64,000 nt of DNA from Clostridia bacterium. GTDB lineage: Bacteria; Bacillota; Clostridia; UMGS1883. A model generated the notes under the pieces. The model was not told the DNA's origin, made no database searches, and worked only from the letters and a program-made list of their open reading frames with translations. Location of the stretch: contig JAZRTB010000078.1 in the NCBI GenBank assembly GCA_045651805.1, positions 2,707-66,706 on the forward strand, given 5' to 3'. This document shows positions 36,734 through 46,243 of the stretch, piece after piece. A program made the translations under genes and the position numbers. Each line of letters starts with the position of its first letter. Within the stretch, counting starts at the first letter, position 1.

Positions 36734-37984
36734 ATGAAACTTCCCTGGGAGAAAAAACATATATGCCTTGCTATAGCACTTTTCTGTGCTTTTGCTGCAA
36801 GTGCACTATTTTTTGTTATTTTGCAGAGATGGGAGATTGTATGGGGAGGGCTTGCGCTTATTTTTGTCAGCCTTGAGCCTGTTTCCTATGGCCTTATTAT
36901 AGCATATCTTCTTAATCCGCTTATGAACTTCATTGAGAATGCATTGGTCAAGCCCTGTATTGATAAGCTTTTAAGAAAGTATTCCGGTGAAACAAAGGGG
37001 ATAATCAGAGGTATATCCATAGTTCTTACCTGGGCGGTAATAGCTGTATTACTGTTTGCATTGTCTGCATTGGTATTTCCGGAAATTATAGGAAGTATCC
37101 AAGATCTTATCAGCCATATTGACGGTTATGCTACAAGCGTTACTGAATGGTTTGTAAAAATCAAAGATGAAAATCCCGAGGCGTATAATTTTGCTGTAAA
37201 TGCAGTAGCTAAATTTGAAGTCAACTTTGTTGACATTGCAACAAAAGCAATCAGCTCTGCACCAAGTTTCACTACTGTTCTTGCTGAAATCTCAAATGGC
37301 GTTTACAGTATTATAAGAACGATTATCAACCTTCTTGTGGGAATAATAGTGTCTGTATATGTTCTTAAGGATAAAGAAAAGTTTGTGGCACAGTCAAAAC
37401 AGATTCTTTACAGCGTATTCCCTGTTAAGAGAGCTAACGGAATTATTGATGTATTCCGTCTTACACATGAGAAATTCGGTAATTTTATTGTCGGTAAAAT
37501 ATTTGACTCAATGATTATCGGAGTATTGTGTTTTATAATTCTTGAAATATTCGGTATTCACTACAGCGCACTTGTGAGTGTGGTTGTGGGTGTGACAAAT
37601 GTTATCCCGTTCTTCGGTCCTTTCATAGGTGCAATTCCAAGTGCACTTCTTATACTGTGTGATAATCCGATAGACTGTCTTAAGTTTATAGTTATCATAC
37701 TTCTCCTTCAGCAGTTTGACGGAAACATCCTCGGTCCGAAAATTCTCGGAAGCACTACAGGTATATCAAGCTTCTGGGTACTTGCTTCAATACTTGTGGG
37801 TAGCGGACTTTTCGGTGTATGGGGTATGGTTTGTGCAGTACCTATGTTTGCAGTTGTGTACCATTTTGTTAAAAAATACTGTCAGAAAACCCTTAAGAGA
37901 AAGGGTATGGACTATTCAACAGAATCCTTTGAACGAATCGATCATATGGATGAGGAAACCAAGTCTCCGGTATGGAAGAGTTAA
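36734..37984 (+). CDS. AI-2E family (UPF0118/PerM-like) transporter
   Basis: 416 aa, ~8 TM helices, family-typical IPFFGPFIGAIPSALL motif. Confidence 0.75.
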   Translation: MKLPWEKKHICLAIALFCAFAASALFFVILQRWEIVWGGLALIFVSLEPVSYGLIIAYLLNPLMNFIENALVKPCIDKLLRKYSGETKGIIRGISIVLTWAVIAVLLFALSALVFPEIIGSIQDLISHIDGYATSVTEWFVKIKDENPEAYNFAVNAVAKFEVNFVDIATKAISSAPSFTTVLAEISNGVYSIIRTIINLLVGIIVSVYVLKDKEKFVAQSKQILYSVFPVKRANGIIDVFRLTHEKFGNFIVGKIFDSMIIGVLCFIILEIFGIHYSALVSVVVGVTNVIPFFGPFIGAIPSALLILCDNPIDCLKFIVIILLLQQFDGNILGPKILGSTTGISSFWVLASILVGSGLFGVWGMVCAVPMFAVVYHFVKKYCQKTLKRKGMDYSTESFERIDHMDEETKSPVWKS

Positions 37985-38002
37985 TGTCAGGGAGGTGTAC
38001 CT

Positions 38003-38446
38003 ATGAGTGAAGTTCCTGTTTCAACTTATGTGTTTGTCGCATTGATTTACATATTTATATTTCTTATAATACGGATGATATCGAAGGATATCCGTGTTAT
38101 GTACAGAAAAAAGACGGGCGAGCTTGCAGGTGCGTATCTCAAGCTTATAAATCTGCGCCGTGAACTTGACTTTATGGTGGAAGAAAGTTATGAAGTATCT
38201 GATGATGAAACTATCGGCAGAGGAAGAAAGTGCAGTATTATAATCGGTGACAAATATCTTTCTATGAAAAACTCAAGAATTTTCAAAATGTCAGGAAAGT
38301 TTTATCTTGAAGATCTTGACAGTACCAACGGAACGTATCTTAACGGAAGACCTCTGGGGGACAAGGCTGTGGAGCTTCTTGACGGTGATAAGATTTCTTT
38401 GGGCAGGACTAATTTCCTTTTTGTCCGTCCCGGAAAAAAATCATAA
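38003..38446 (+). CDS. Membrane-anchored FHA-domain protein
   Basis: N-terminal TM segment (VFVALIYIFIFLIIRMI), then the FHA signature GRGRKCSIIIGD...SMKNSRIF...LEDLDSTNGTYLNGRPL. Confidence 0.8.
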   Translation: MSEVPVSTYVFVALIYIFIFLIIRMISKDIRVMYRKKTGELAGAYLKLINLRRELDFMVEESYEVSDDETIGRGRKCSIIIGDKYLSMKNSRIFKMSGKFYLEDLDSTNGTYLNGRPLGDKAVELLDGDKISLGRTNFLFVRPGKKS

Positions 38447-39787
38447 TTGTGCGGTGATAAAACTATGGAAAGACGATTGAGAAGTTTATTTCCGTTACTG
38501 CTGCTCATATGTGTTAATTTGCTGGGAATGTGGACTCTTATGAGTGACGGCAGTGCGGATAAACGTATGATAATAATGTGCGTGGGAATGTGTGTACTCA
38601 GTTTTGTGGTATATCTGCTTGTAAACCTGTGCAGTATGGGTGACACATATCTTTTCCTTATTGCAACGATGCTTTCTACTGTTGGTATAATGATTACTAC
38701 AAGCCTCGGTGTCAATTTCGGCTTCAATAATATGAAGATGTACCTTGGCGGTGTGGCACTTTTTTTTATAACAATACTTTTGTACAGACTTTTTTATAAA
38801 TTACTCAGAAAGTTTGTATACATATATTTTGCAATATCGGTTGCTCTGTATGTTATTACTTTGGCTGTAGCCGAAATTATGGAGACAGAACTTAACGGGG
38901 CAAAAAACTGGCTTCCCATAGGCGAGTTTTCATTTCAGCCAAGTGAATTTATAAAAATATTGTTTGTAATGACTATTGCAGGTATCCTGTCTTATAACGA
39001 TAAAAAAGATTCGGAAAAGCCTCTGGGTGCAAGAATTACAAGCACTTTCAACTTTAATCCCGAGACACATTTTATAAGCAGACGTGTTCTTCTCATTACG
39101 GCGGTTACATATATCAATATAATATTCCTTTTTACACAGACTGAACTTGGAACGGCAGTTCTCCTTTTTGCAGTATACATCGCGTTTTTGTTTGTATACG
39201 AGAGAAATGGCGTGCTTCTTATAGTAAACACGGCTATTATGCTGACGGCATTGACTGTAATGATTGTTTTTCCTGAAATTCTGCCGTCATATCTTGAAAC
39301 AAGAATTGAAGGTTGGCTTGATCCTTTCGGAACCCGTGATGCGGGTGGTAACTACATTGTAAAGTCCCTTACGGCAATTCAGCGTGGCGGATTCACGGGT
39401 GTAGGTCTTGGTAATGCTAACTTTAATATAAAAGAGTTTGAAACGGTAATTTCAGACTATGTATTTGCCGCTGTATGTAAAGAAATGGGTATACTTGGCG
39501 GAATCGCAGTACTTCTGCTTTATTTTGTGCTTGTGTACAGAGGGTTTAAAATTGCAGTCAGCACAACAAATTCATTCAATAAAGCGGTAGCTTTCGGACT
39601 CAGTACAATGCTTGGGGTGCAGACCTTTATTATAATCGGTGGCGTTACACGTATGATACCGCTTACCGGTATAACTCTTCCGTTTATAAGTCACGGGGGA
39701 AGCAGTATGTTTTCAACGTTTATTGCGATAGGAATGCTTCAGGCGATAAGCAGCGTGAAGGGAGATACTACTGATGAAATTGAATAA
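38447..39787 (+). CDS. SEDS family glycosyltransferase (FtsW/RodA/SpoVE)
   Basis: ~10 TM helices with conserved SEFxKI (QPSEFIKILFVM) and C-terminal PLTGITLPFISHGGSS motifs. The start may be ATG 38465. Confidence 0.85.
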   Translation: MCGDKTMERRLRSLFPLLLLICVNLLGMWTLMSDGSADKRMIIMCVGMCVLSFVVYLLVNLCSMGDTYLFLIATMLSTVGIMITTSLGVNFGFNNMKMYLGGVALFFITILLYRLFYKLLRKFVYIYFAISVALYVITLAVAEIMETELNGAKNWLPIGEFSFQPSEFIKILFVMTIAGILSYNDKKDSEKPLGARITSTFNFNPETHFISRRVLLITAVTYINIIFLFTQTELGTAVLLFAVYIAFLFVYERNGVLLIVNTAIMLTALTVMIVFPEILPSYLETRIEGWLDPFGTRDAGGNYIVKSLTAIQRGGFTGVGLGNANFNIKEFETVISDYVFAAVCKEMGILGGIAVLLLYFVLVYRGFKIAVSTTNSFNKAVAFGLSTMLGVQTFIIIGGVTRMIPLTGITLPFISHGGSSMFSTFIAIGMLQAISSVKGDTTDEIE

Positions 39788-41261
39788 GAGAATAATTGTG
39801 GTTATGGTCGCAGTACTTTCTCTCTTTTTCGTTTCGGTGACGAATCTGGTGCTCAATATGGTCTATCCGTCGGAGGAGCTTCTCGGCGCGGTTGAAGGTG
39901 AAATCCTGCAGGAAGAACAGGCGGCAAGAAAGAAGATTCTGCGCGGTAAAATATATGACAGAAACGGCAATGTGCTTGCCTACAGTGAAACCATTGACAG
40001 TGCATCAGGTGTTGCAGGACAGAACAGAGTGTATCCGTATAAGGAACTGTTTGCCCATACAGTAGGGTTCTACCGTGGCGATTACGCAGGAGGAAGTGAC
40101 TATCTTGAAAGGCGTTGGGATGAAAAACTGATGGCGGTCCTTCCTGAAGATGAAGATAAGGTAAGAGATGTAGATAACAAGGATGTTGTGGAGGGTGCAA
40201 GTCTCGGACTTACTCTTGATTACGGAATGACGGAGTATGCAAGTGAGCTTCTTGACGGGAATAAGTATCCTGCACCAAGCGGAAGTAAGAGAGGCAGTAT
40301 TATTGTAATGAATCCTACTACGGGAGAAATATATTGTATGTACTCAAGCCCGTCTTTCGACCCGTCCCCCGATGTTCTTAAAGAAAAGTGGACAGAGTAT
40401 AGTGAAGACCCTGATACCCCCTTCTACTCACGTGCAACCCGCAGTAAGCAGGTCCCCGGATCGGTGTTTAAGATTATAACTGCTATTGCAGCGGTGGAGG
40501 CAGGAGAGGGAAGAACAATAATCCTTGATGAAGGAAAGGCTAACGTAGCCGGAACATGGGTATATAATTATGACGAGAAAGCCAATGGCGAGATAGGACT
40601 TAAAACGGCTATTGAAAAATCAAGTAATGTGTATTTTGCAAAGATTTCACAGCAATCGGGTACAAAAAACCAGATTCCGATAATTGCGGAAAAGTTTTTC
40701 CTCGGAAAAGATGATTTGCTTACGCTTGATATACCGATTACAGACCCTAAAATTGACTTTGAGAATATGAGTAATGTTGAAATTGCTGCAACAGCTTATG
40801 GACAAGGCGTGGCGGAGGTTACACCTCTTCATATGGCTATGGTAGCGTCAGCGGTAGCAAATGACGGTACGTTGATGAAACCCTACCTTGTAGAATCTGC
40901 AACTTACAGCAATGGTGAAGTGTTGTATGAAGCAACTCCTGAAGTGTTGTCAGATGTAATGAAGCCGAGCACAGCATCGTTTGTTACAGACGGAATGATA
41001 GCCAGCGTAGAGACAGGTACGGGTACTGCAGCACAGGTAAGTGGAATAACTGTTGCGGGAAAAACCGGTACTGCGGAACTTTCAACTAACGGCACTATTC
41101 CCGATAATACTTGGTTTATCGGATTCGCACCTGCAGAAAATCCACAGGTTGCAATATGCGTAATGCGTGAAAAGACCGGCGGATTCGGAGGAAATATGTG
41201 CGGAAGAATAGCGGCAGATATGATAAGATATTGCCGTGATAACGGATTTATAACTGAATAA
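39774..41261 (+). CDS. Class B penicillin-binding protein (PBP2-type transpeptidase)
   Basis: N-terminal anchor. SxxK (PGSVFKIITA), SxN (KSSNVYF) and KTGT (GKTGTAE) motifs. Overlaps the SEDS gene by 14 nt. Confidence 0.85.
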   Translation: MKLNKRIIVVMVAVLSLFFVSVTNLVLNMVYPSEELLGAVEGEILQEEQAARKKILRGKIYDRNGNVLAYSETIDSASGVAGQNRVYPYKELFAHTVGFYRGDYAGGSDYLERRWDEKLMAVLPEDEDKVRDVDNKDVVEGASLGLTLDYGMTEYASELLDGNKYPAPSGSKRGSIIVMNPTTGEIYCMYSSPSFDPSPDVLKEKWTEYSEDPDTPFYSRATRSKQVPGSVFKIITAIAAVEAGEGRTIILDEGKANVAGTWVYNYDEKANGEIGLKTAIEKSSNVYFAKISQQSGTKNQIPIIAEKFFLGKDDLLTLDIPITDPKIDFENMSNVEIAATAYGQGVAEVTPLHMAMVASAVANDGTLMKPYLVESATYSNGEVLYEATPEVLSDVMKPSTASFVTDGMIASVETGTGTAAQVSGITVAGKTGTAELSTNGTIPDNTWFIGFAPAENPQVAICVMREKTGGFGGNMCGRIAADMIRYCRDNGFITE

Positions 41262-41273
41262 AATGAAATAAAA

Positions 41274-41307
41274 ATTACCCCGACGGATATTCCGTCGGCG
41301 TAATTTT
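41274..41307. terminator. Bidirectional rho-independent terminator
   Basis: ATTACCCCGACGGA / TCCGTCGGCGTAAT hairpin with an A-run before and a TTTTGTTT run after, between convergent genes. Confidence 0.75.
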
Positions 41308-41316
41308 GTTTGTATC

Positions 41317-44300
41317 TTATTTCACTTCGTAAAGTACAGTTGATGTTGCAAGACCGGATTCATCGGTGAATGTAACATAGTAGTGCTTTGTACCTGCGGG
41401 AAGTGTAAATGTGAATGTATCTGTATTACTGTCTGCTGTTGTGCAGTCTGCAAATGTGAAGTTAAGAGTAGTAGCATTTGTTGTTGATGTGTATGAAAGG
41501 TCTGTTGTAATGTAACGGAGAACAGCCTTAACTGCAGGTCTGTTTGTTGTTGCTGTTACAGTTGAGCCTTCCTGTACTGCTTCACCACGGATAAGTTCAG
41601 GTCCATTCTTTACAATGCTGTCTGCAAATGCGATAGGTTCTTTTCTCTGCCATGTAGCCGAGTGGCTGTGACCGAAGCCGGGAACAATTGAAGTGTATGA
41701 ATTATCGCCAAGTGCAAGTGAAGATTTTGTTGTGCTTGTAAGTGAGAAGTTTGCATCTCTTTCACCGTTAAACCAGAATACGGGGAGATCAGCATTCTTG
41801 AAGAAGTTTGAGGGATCCCAAATTTTTTCCTGTCTGGGAAGAATTTTACCCATATATGTTTCACTTTCCATAAGGAAACCGCAACCGTATGTGGGGATAG
41901 CAAATGCGAATCTGTCGTCAACACCGATTGTTGTACTTGTTACAACACCGCCCCATGATACGCCTGTGATACCGATTTTGCTGCTGTCAATCTCGGGCAT
42001 TTCACGAAGTACGTTGTGTGCACCGATTGCCGCTGTAACTGCGCTGTACATCCATGTTGCATCATCAGGTGATACTACTCCGTAGTTATCTTGGGTAGCA
42101 CCTGCCCACATATGGCGGAGCTGATTGTTGCCGTCTGTGATTTCGGGGGTGGGGATACGTCCGTTAAGATTCATTGAAATTGCCGCATAGCCTGCATCAT
42201 TCCATACCTTAACCCATTCGTCATAAGCTGTTCCACCGCCACCGTGTACGCAGACAACTGCGGGAACGGGGTTTTCAGCGGATGCACCTTCGGGAAGACC
42301 GATGTATGCAAAGTGCTTTGTCTTTCTTCCAAGATATGTGTCACCGTTGTAGATGATTGCATCAATGCCGTCATACTTTGATTCTGCATAGTAACCGAGG
42401 TCGCTTGCAAGGGTTACATCCATATCCATATTAAAGAGCTTTTCTGTGTCGAACTTTGGTCCTGTGGAGTCTGTGTTTTCGCAGTATGCCTTAAGCGTGC
42501 CCGAACCAAACACGAATACTTTGAATGTATCGTCGCTGCAATCGCCTTCAAGAGGCATTGTTACATTTATTATTGCACCGCCCATATCGTTTGTGCCATT
42601 AAGTGAATGGAGCTTCTCTGAAACAAGTTGCTGAAGCTTTCCGTCGGGAGAATAACGTGCGAAGATAATCTTTCCGTCGCCATCCTGCACAGTACGATTT
42701 CTGAGCACCTTTACCTTTGCAACAATTGCTGTAGCATTAGGTGCAGGATTTGTAACTGTAGCATTTGCTGCAGCATCGTGAAGAGAAATCTTTCTTATTG
42801 TGTAATCGCTGTTGGGGTCAAGGGGAGCAGCTTCTGCAAGGCTTTCGCGGATGTAAAAGTTGTCAACGTAAACTTTACCTGTACCATAAGAGTAGAACCC
42901 TGCATTTCTTAAATAGAGCCAACCTGCCCATACATTATCCGCAACGTCAACGGGTTCTTCAAGAAGTGCTACACCGTCGATGTAGGGCATATAATTCTTC
43001 TGTTTTGCGTTGAATACAATGTCTATGTGGTACCATCTGTTTGTTTCAGCCTTGATTCCGGGAACCATAAAGTATCTGTCACCGAAATCGCCCTGAACAC
43101 CAATACCGCCTGTCTGGAAATTGAAGGTGATACGTGATGTGTAGGATGCACCGATAACCTCAAAGCACTGTTTTGTAGCGGCACTGTCAGGCTGGAACAT
43201 AACGTCTGTACTGATTGAATAAAGATTTACATTCGTACCACCGCCGAGACCTGCTGAACGTGTGTAGCCTCTTTCCGCACCTGTAAAGGTCTGTTCAAGA
43301 ACTTTGCCGCCTCGAGAGGGAAGTTCTACCGTCTGAACAGATGAATTGGATGTACCAACCCAGCCATTTACATTTCCATCATCAAATGTCATAGAAGACT
43401 TACCGAATTCCTTTGAATTACCTGCAAGAACTGTGAATGGGAAATTCTTTTCGATAGTTACTGCACTATCACCTGTACCTGCAGTAAGTGTAGCTGTAAG
43501 CACAGCGTGACGTGTGTAATCAGCTCTTGTAAGTACACCACTTGATGAAACAACGTCTTCATTACTTGATGACCAGTCAAGTGTCATTCCGTACTCTGCA
43601 AGGTCAAAGCTTGCAAGAGGTGCATCAAGAGTAAGATTTGTGTCAAGGTCATAATACTTTGCACCACCGATTGCCTGGAGTGTGATAAACTTTTCAAAGT
43701 AGTTAACCTTGTCCTGATTACTCATAACCTTGAGAGCTTCATCGGGTGTGCTTGTTGTGTAAATACGAAGGTTATCCATCTTGATACTTGTGGGAACGTT
43801 TTCGGTATTTTCTATTCTTGATCTGAATTCAATACCGATACTTGAAGAATAGCTTGAACCTTCTACAGCTATGCCTGATGCAATTAAAGCATCGTTCATA
43901 TAGATATCAACAAGGGGAGTAGCCTTTGTTGTATCAATTTCGAATCTGAACTTGTACCATGTATCTGCTGTTACAGTAGCATATGTAGTATTGTTAGGAC
44001 CATACCATTCTGTACCTGAAACAGTACCAACCTTCAAAGCACCGTGGTAGTTGTTAAGACGAACTGTTCTTGCACCATTACCAATAAGACCAATCATTGC
44101 GTGCTCTTTGTTATTGTATTTAGCATCGTACTCAATGATGTACTTTCCAAGGCTTCCTACTGGGAAAGCATCGCCTGTGTTAATAACATACTTTGATGCA
44201 CTGCTGTCAAAACCGGTTGTTGAATTATATTCAATATAATTTCCATCGCTATCTGCACGATACATAACACCTGCAAGTGAATTTGATGTAAATAAGGGGT

Positions 44301-45678
44301 GTTGTGTGTCTTTTAATAATGTGTCAAAACATGAATCAGAGAAGGAGTTGTTAACTGCAACACCGCTTACTGTAAGTGCCTTTACTGTAAACTGAACTGC
44401 CTTTGTATTTGTGCCGTCGTTTGCAGTCAATGTAACAACTTCATCTTCCATAGAGGGGCGCTTAACTACACCATCTGCAGAAATTACATCGGGATTTGAT
44501 GAAGTCCATGTAATTTCTGTATTTGCAGGAAGTTCAAGGTCCTCTGTAATAAATGAAGGAATCTGACCGTCTGCAATAAGCTCTGCAGTGATTTCATTTG
44601 CGTTTCTTACTTTGTATCTTGTTGCTTTTGTGATTGCAATATCATTAACCTGCATTACAGAATCTGTCATTCCGCGGAAATAACCGATTTGCACATTATT
44701 TAACTGACGCACCCAGGTTGTATCAGTAATAGCAATACCATCGGGATTGAGAAGTGTACCGTTAAGTGTAAGATAAACAAGTTTTGCGTTATAGTCTATC
44801 TTTATCTCAATCTTATTATTACTTCCGAGATTGATTTTATTAGGTGCTTCAAAAAGCTTCGTGCCTGATGCATCGCAAATTCTTGTGCGGTCACTGAAGA
44901 ACTGAAGATATGTAACATTTTTGGAACCGCCTGCATCCTGACCTTCTACAAGAATATAAAACTGTTTTGTACCTGTGGAACCCCAGGAAACAGGGTTGAG
45001 ATTAACCTTTATAGTAACGTCTTTATCATCAGCAGACTGAATTATTGCAGGAGCACCGCTGACGTTGTACTGAAGATAAGCAACATCGGCATAGCTGTCA
45101 AGATTTGTTCTGGTTGTGGTTGCATTATAGTAACCGCTACTGTCCTGAAGAAGCTTTGCAGTTATATCATTTTCAAGCTTTGCAGCATTGACATTGCTGA
45201 TTGTCCAGTTGTCCGTTGCATATACAGCGCTTCCGGTTGCATAGCTTACAAGATCGCTGTCTTTTTTGCTTGGATAATAAAGGTTGTCCGATGAGATAAC
45301 CTCATTTGTAAGGGGGAGAACGGTAAAATTAAATTCCTTTGTAAGGGATTCTGCTCCGTCCTTTGCGATTGTCGCGGTAAGAGTTACGTTTTTTGATGCG
45401 CTTGCATCACGGGTAACAGTACCACCGTCTGTAATTGCAGTCGCAAGATTGCTTGCGAAGTTGACCGTTACACCATCGGGAAGTGTTAAATCATCCGAAA
45501 GGTCAAGGTCAAGATTTTTTGTTACGGCATAGTCAGGCTCGTTATCCGAGGTCAGCATCTCGCTTGTGAGTGCATCATAAACTGCCTGAACGTCCGCATC
45601 CGCCTCTGCAAAAGCTACAGAGGGGAGTACACTGACAATCATCAGTGTCGCTACGAGTAGCGAAAGTAGTTTTTTCAT
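41317..45678 (-). CDS. Large secreted multidomain protein: Ig-like modules, LamG/concanavalin-like modules and an alpha/beta-hydrolase (putative carbohydrate esterase) domain
   Basis: Signal peptide MKKLLSLLVATLMIVSVLPSVAFA. Three Ig-like modules of the form ITxDLxLP...W(T/S)SSNxDV(I/V)S..G.V.R....V.LTA. Hydrolase motifs VCVHGGGGTAYDEW and GITGVSWGG (GxSxG), with a later GFGHSH. Confidence 0.65.
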   Translation of the reverse strand: MKKLLSLLVATLMIVSVLPSVAFAEADADVQAVYDALTSEMLTSDNEPDYAVTKNLDLDLSDDLTLPDGVTVNFASNLATAITDGGTVTRDASASKNVTLTATIAKDGAESLTKEFNFTVLPLTNEVISSDNLYYPSKKDSDLVSYATGSAVYATDNWTISNVNAAKLENDITAKLLQDSSGYYNATTTRTNLDSYADVAYLQYNVSGAPAIIQSADDKDVTIKVNLNPVSWGSTGTKQFYILVEGQDAGGSKNVTYLQFFSDRTRICDASGTKLFEAPNKINLGSNNKIEIKIDYNAKLVYLTLNGTLLNPDGIAITDTTWVRQLNNVQIGYFRGMTDSVMQVNDIAITKATRYKVRNANEITAELIADGQIPSFITEDLELPANTEITWTSSNPDVISADGVVKRPSMEDEVVTLTANDGTNTKAVQFTVKALTVSGVAVNNSFSDSCFDTLLKDTQHPLFTSNSLAGVMYRADSDGNYIEYNSTTGFDSSASKYVINTGDAFPVGSLGKYIIEYDAKYNNKEHAMIGLIGNGARTVRLNNYHGALKVGTVSGTEWYGPNNTTYATVTADTWYKFRFEIDTTKATPLVDIYMNDALIASGIAVEGSSYSSSIGIEFRSRIENTENVPTSIKMDNLRIYTTSTPDEALKVMSNQDKVNYFEKFITLQAIGGAKYYDLDTNLTLDAPLASFDLAEYGMTLDWSSSNEDVVSSSGVLTRADYTRHAVLTATLTAGTGDSAVTIEKNFPFTVLAGNSKEFGKSSMTFDDGNVNGWVGTSNSSVQTVELPSRGGKVLEQTFTGAERGYTRSAGLGGGTNVNLYSISTDVMFQPDSAATKQCFEVIGASYTSRITFNFQTGGIGVQGDFGDRYFMVPGIKAETNRWYHIDIVFNAKQKNYMPYIDGVALLEEPVDVADNVWAGWLYLRNAGFYSYGTGKVYVDNFYIRESLAEAAPLDPNSDYTIRKISLHDAAANATVTNPAPNATAIVAKVKVLRNRTVQDGDGKIIFARYSPDGKLQQLVSEKLHSLNGTNDMGGAIINVTMPLEGDCSDDTFKVFVFGSGTLKAYCENTDSTGPKFDTEKLFNMDMDVTLASDLGYYAESKYDGIDAIIYNGDTYLGRKTKHFAYIGLPEGASAENPVPAVVCVHGGGGTAYDEWVKVWNDAGYAAISMNLNGRIPTPEITDGNNQLRHMWAGATQDNYGVVSPDDATWMYSAVTAAIGAHNVLREMPEIDSSKIGITGVSWGGVVTSTTIGVDDRFAFAIPTYGCGFLMESETYMGKILPRQEKIWDPSNFFKNADLPVFWFNGERDANFSLTSTTKSSLALGDNSYTSIVPGFGHSHSATWQRKEPIAFADSIVKNGPELIRGEAVQEGSTVTATTNRPAVKAVLRYITTDLSYTSTTNATTLNFTFADCTTADSNTDTFTFTLPAGTKHYYVTFTDESGLATSTVLYEVK

Positions 45679-45846
45679 AATTTTCTCTCCTTTTTATAAT
45701 GTAAAAAATTAAATTATTTCATATTATATAATTATACAGCATCATTTTATAAAAAACAACGTAATATATTAACCTTTTTCAGAAAAATATTATACTATAT
45801 TAACATTTAATAAAATGTATAGGTTTACGATACAACACCTGGTCTT

Positions 45847-45904
45847 TATATAGCCTGTATAGTATCATATATAGCCTACTTTGTCAAGAATAAAAGGCTA
45901 TAAT
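45847..45904. promoter_or_regulatory. Candidate operator/promoter of the XRE regulator gene
   Basis: TATATAGCCT direct repeat (45847..45856 and 45868..45877) plus the inverted half-site AGGCTATA (45895..45902) overlapping a TATAAT box (45899..45904). Confidence 0.35.
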
Positions 45905-45933
45905 TAGCCCATAATTATATCGGGAGGCAGATT

Positions 45934-46176
45934 ATGGGTACTTATAATGCGGTAAAAAACAGAATCCTTTCTTTATGCAAGGAAAAGCAATTTACTATAA
46001 ACAAACTTGCAACAGAATCGGGGGTAGCACCCTCAACGGTAAAGAATATCCTCTATGGAAAAAGTCAGAATCCCGGAATTGTTACCCTTAAAATGCTCTG
46101 TGATGGGTTGGGAGTATCGCTTATTGAGTTTTTCGAGGATGATTCTTTCAAAGAGTTGGAACAGGAAATAAAATAA
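45934..46176 (+). CDS. XRE-family helix-turn-helix transcriptional regulator
   Basis: 80 aa. HTH_3-like FTINKLATESGVAPSTVKNILYGKSQNP. SD GGGAGG. Confidence 0.8.
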   Translation: MGTYNAVKNRILSLCKEKQFTINKLATESGVAPSTVKNILYGKSQNPGIVTLKMLCDGLGVSLIEFFEDDSFKELEQEIK

Positions 46177-46243
46177 ATCTTGCATAATTTGTCAAAATAT
46201 GATAAACTATTTCAGTTGAAAACTAATACAAGGGGTCTTATTA

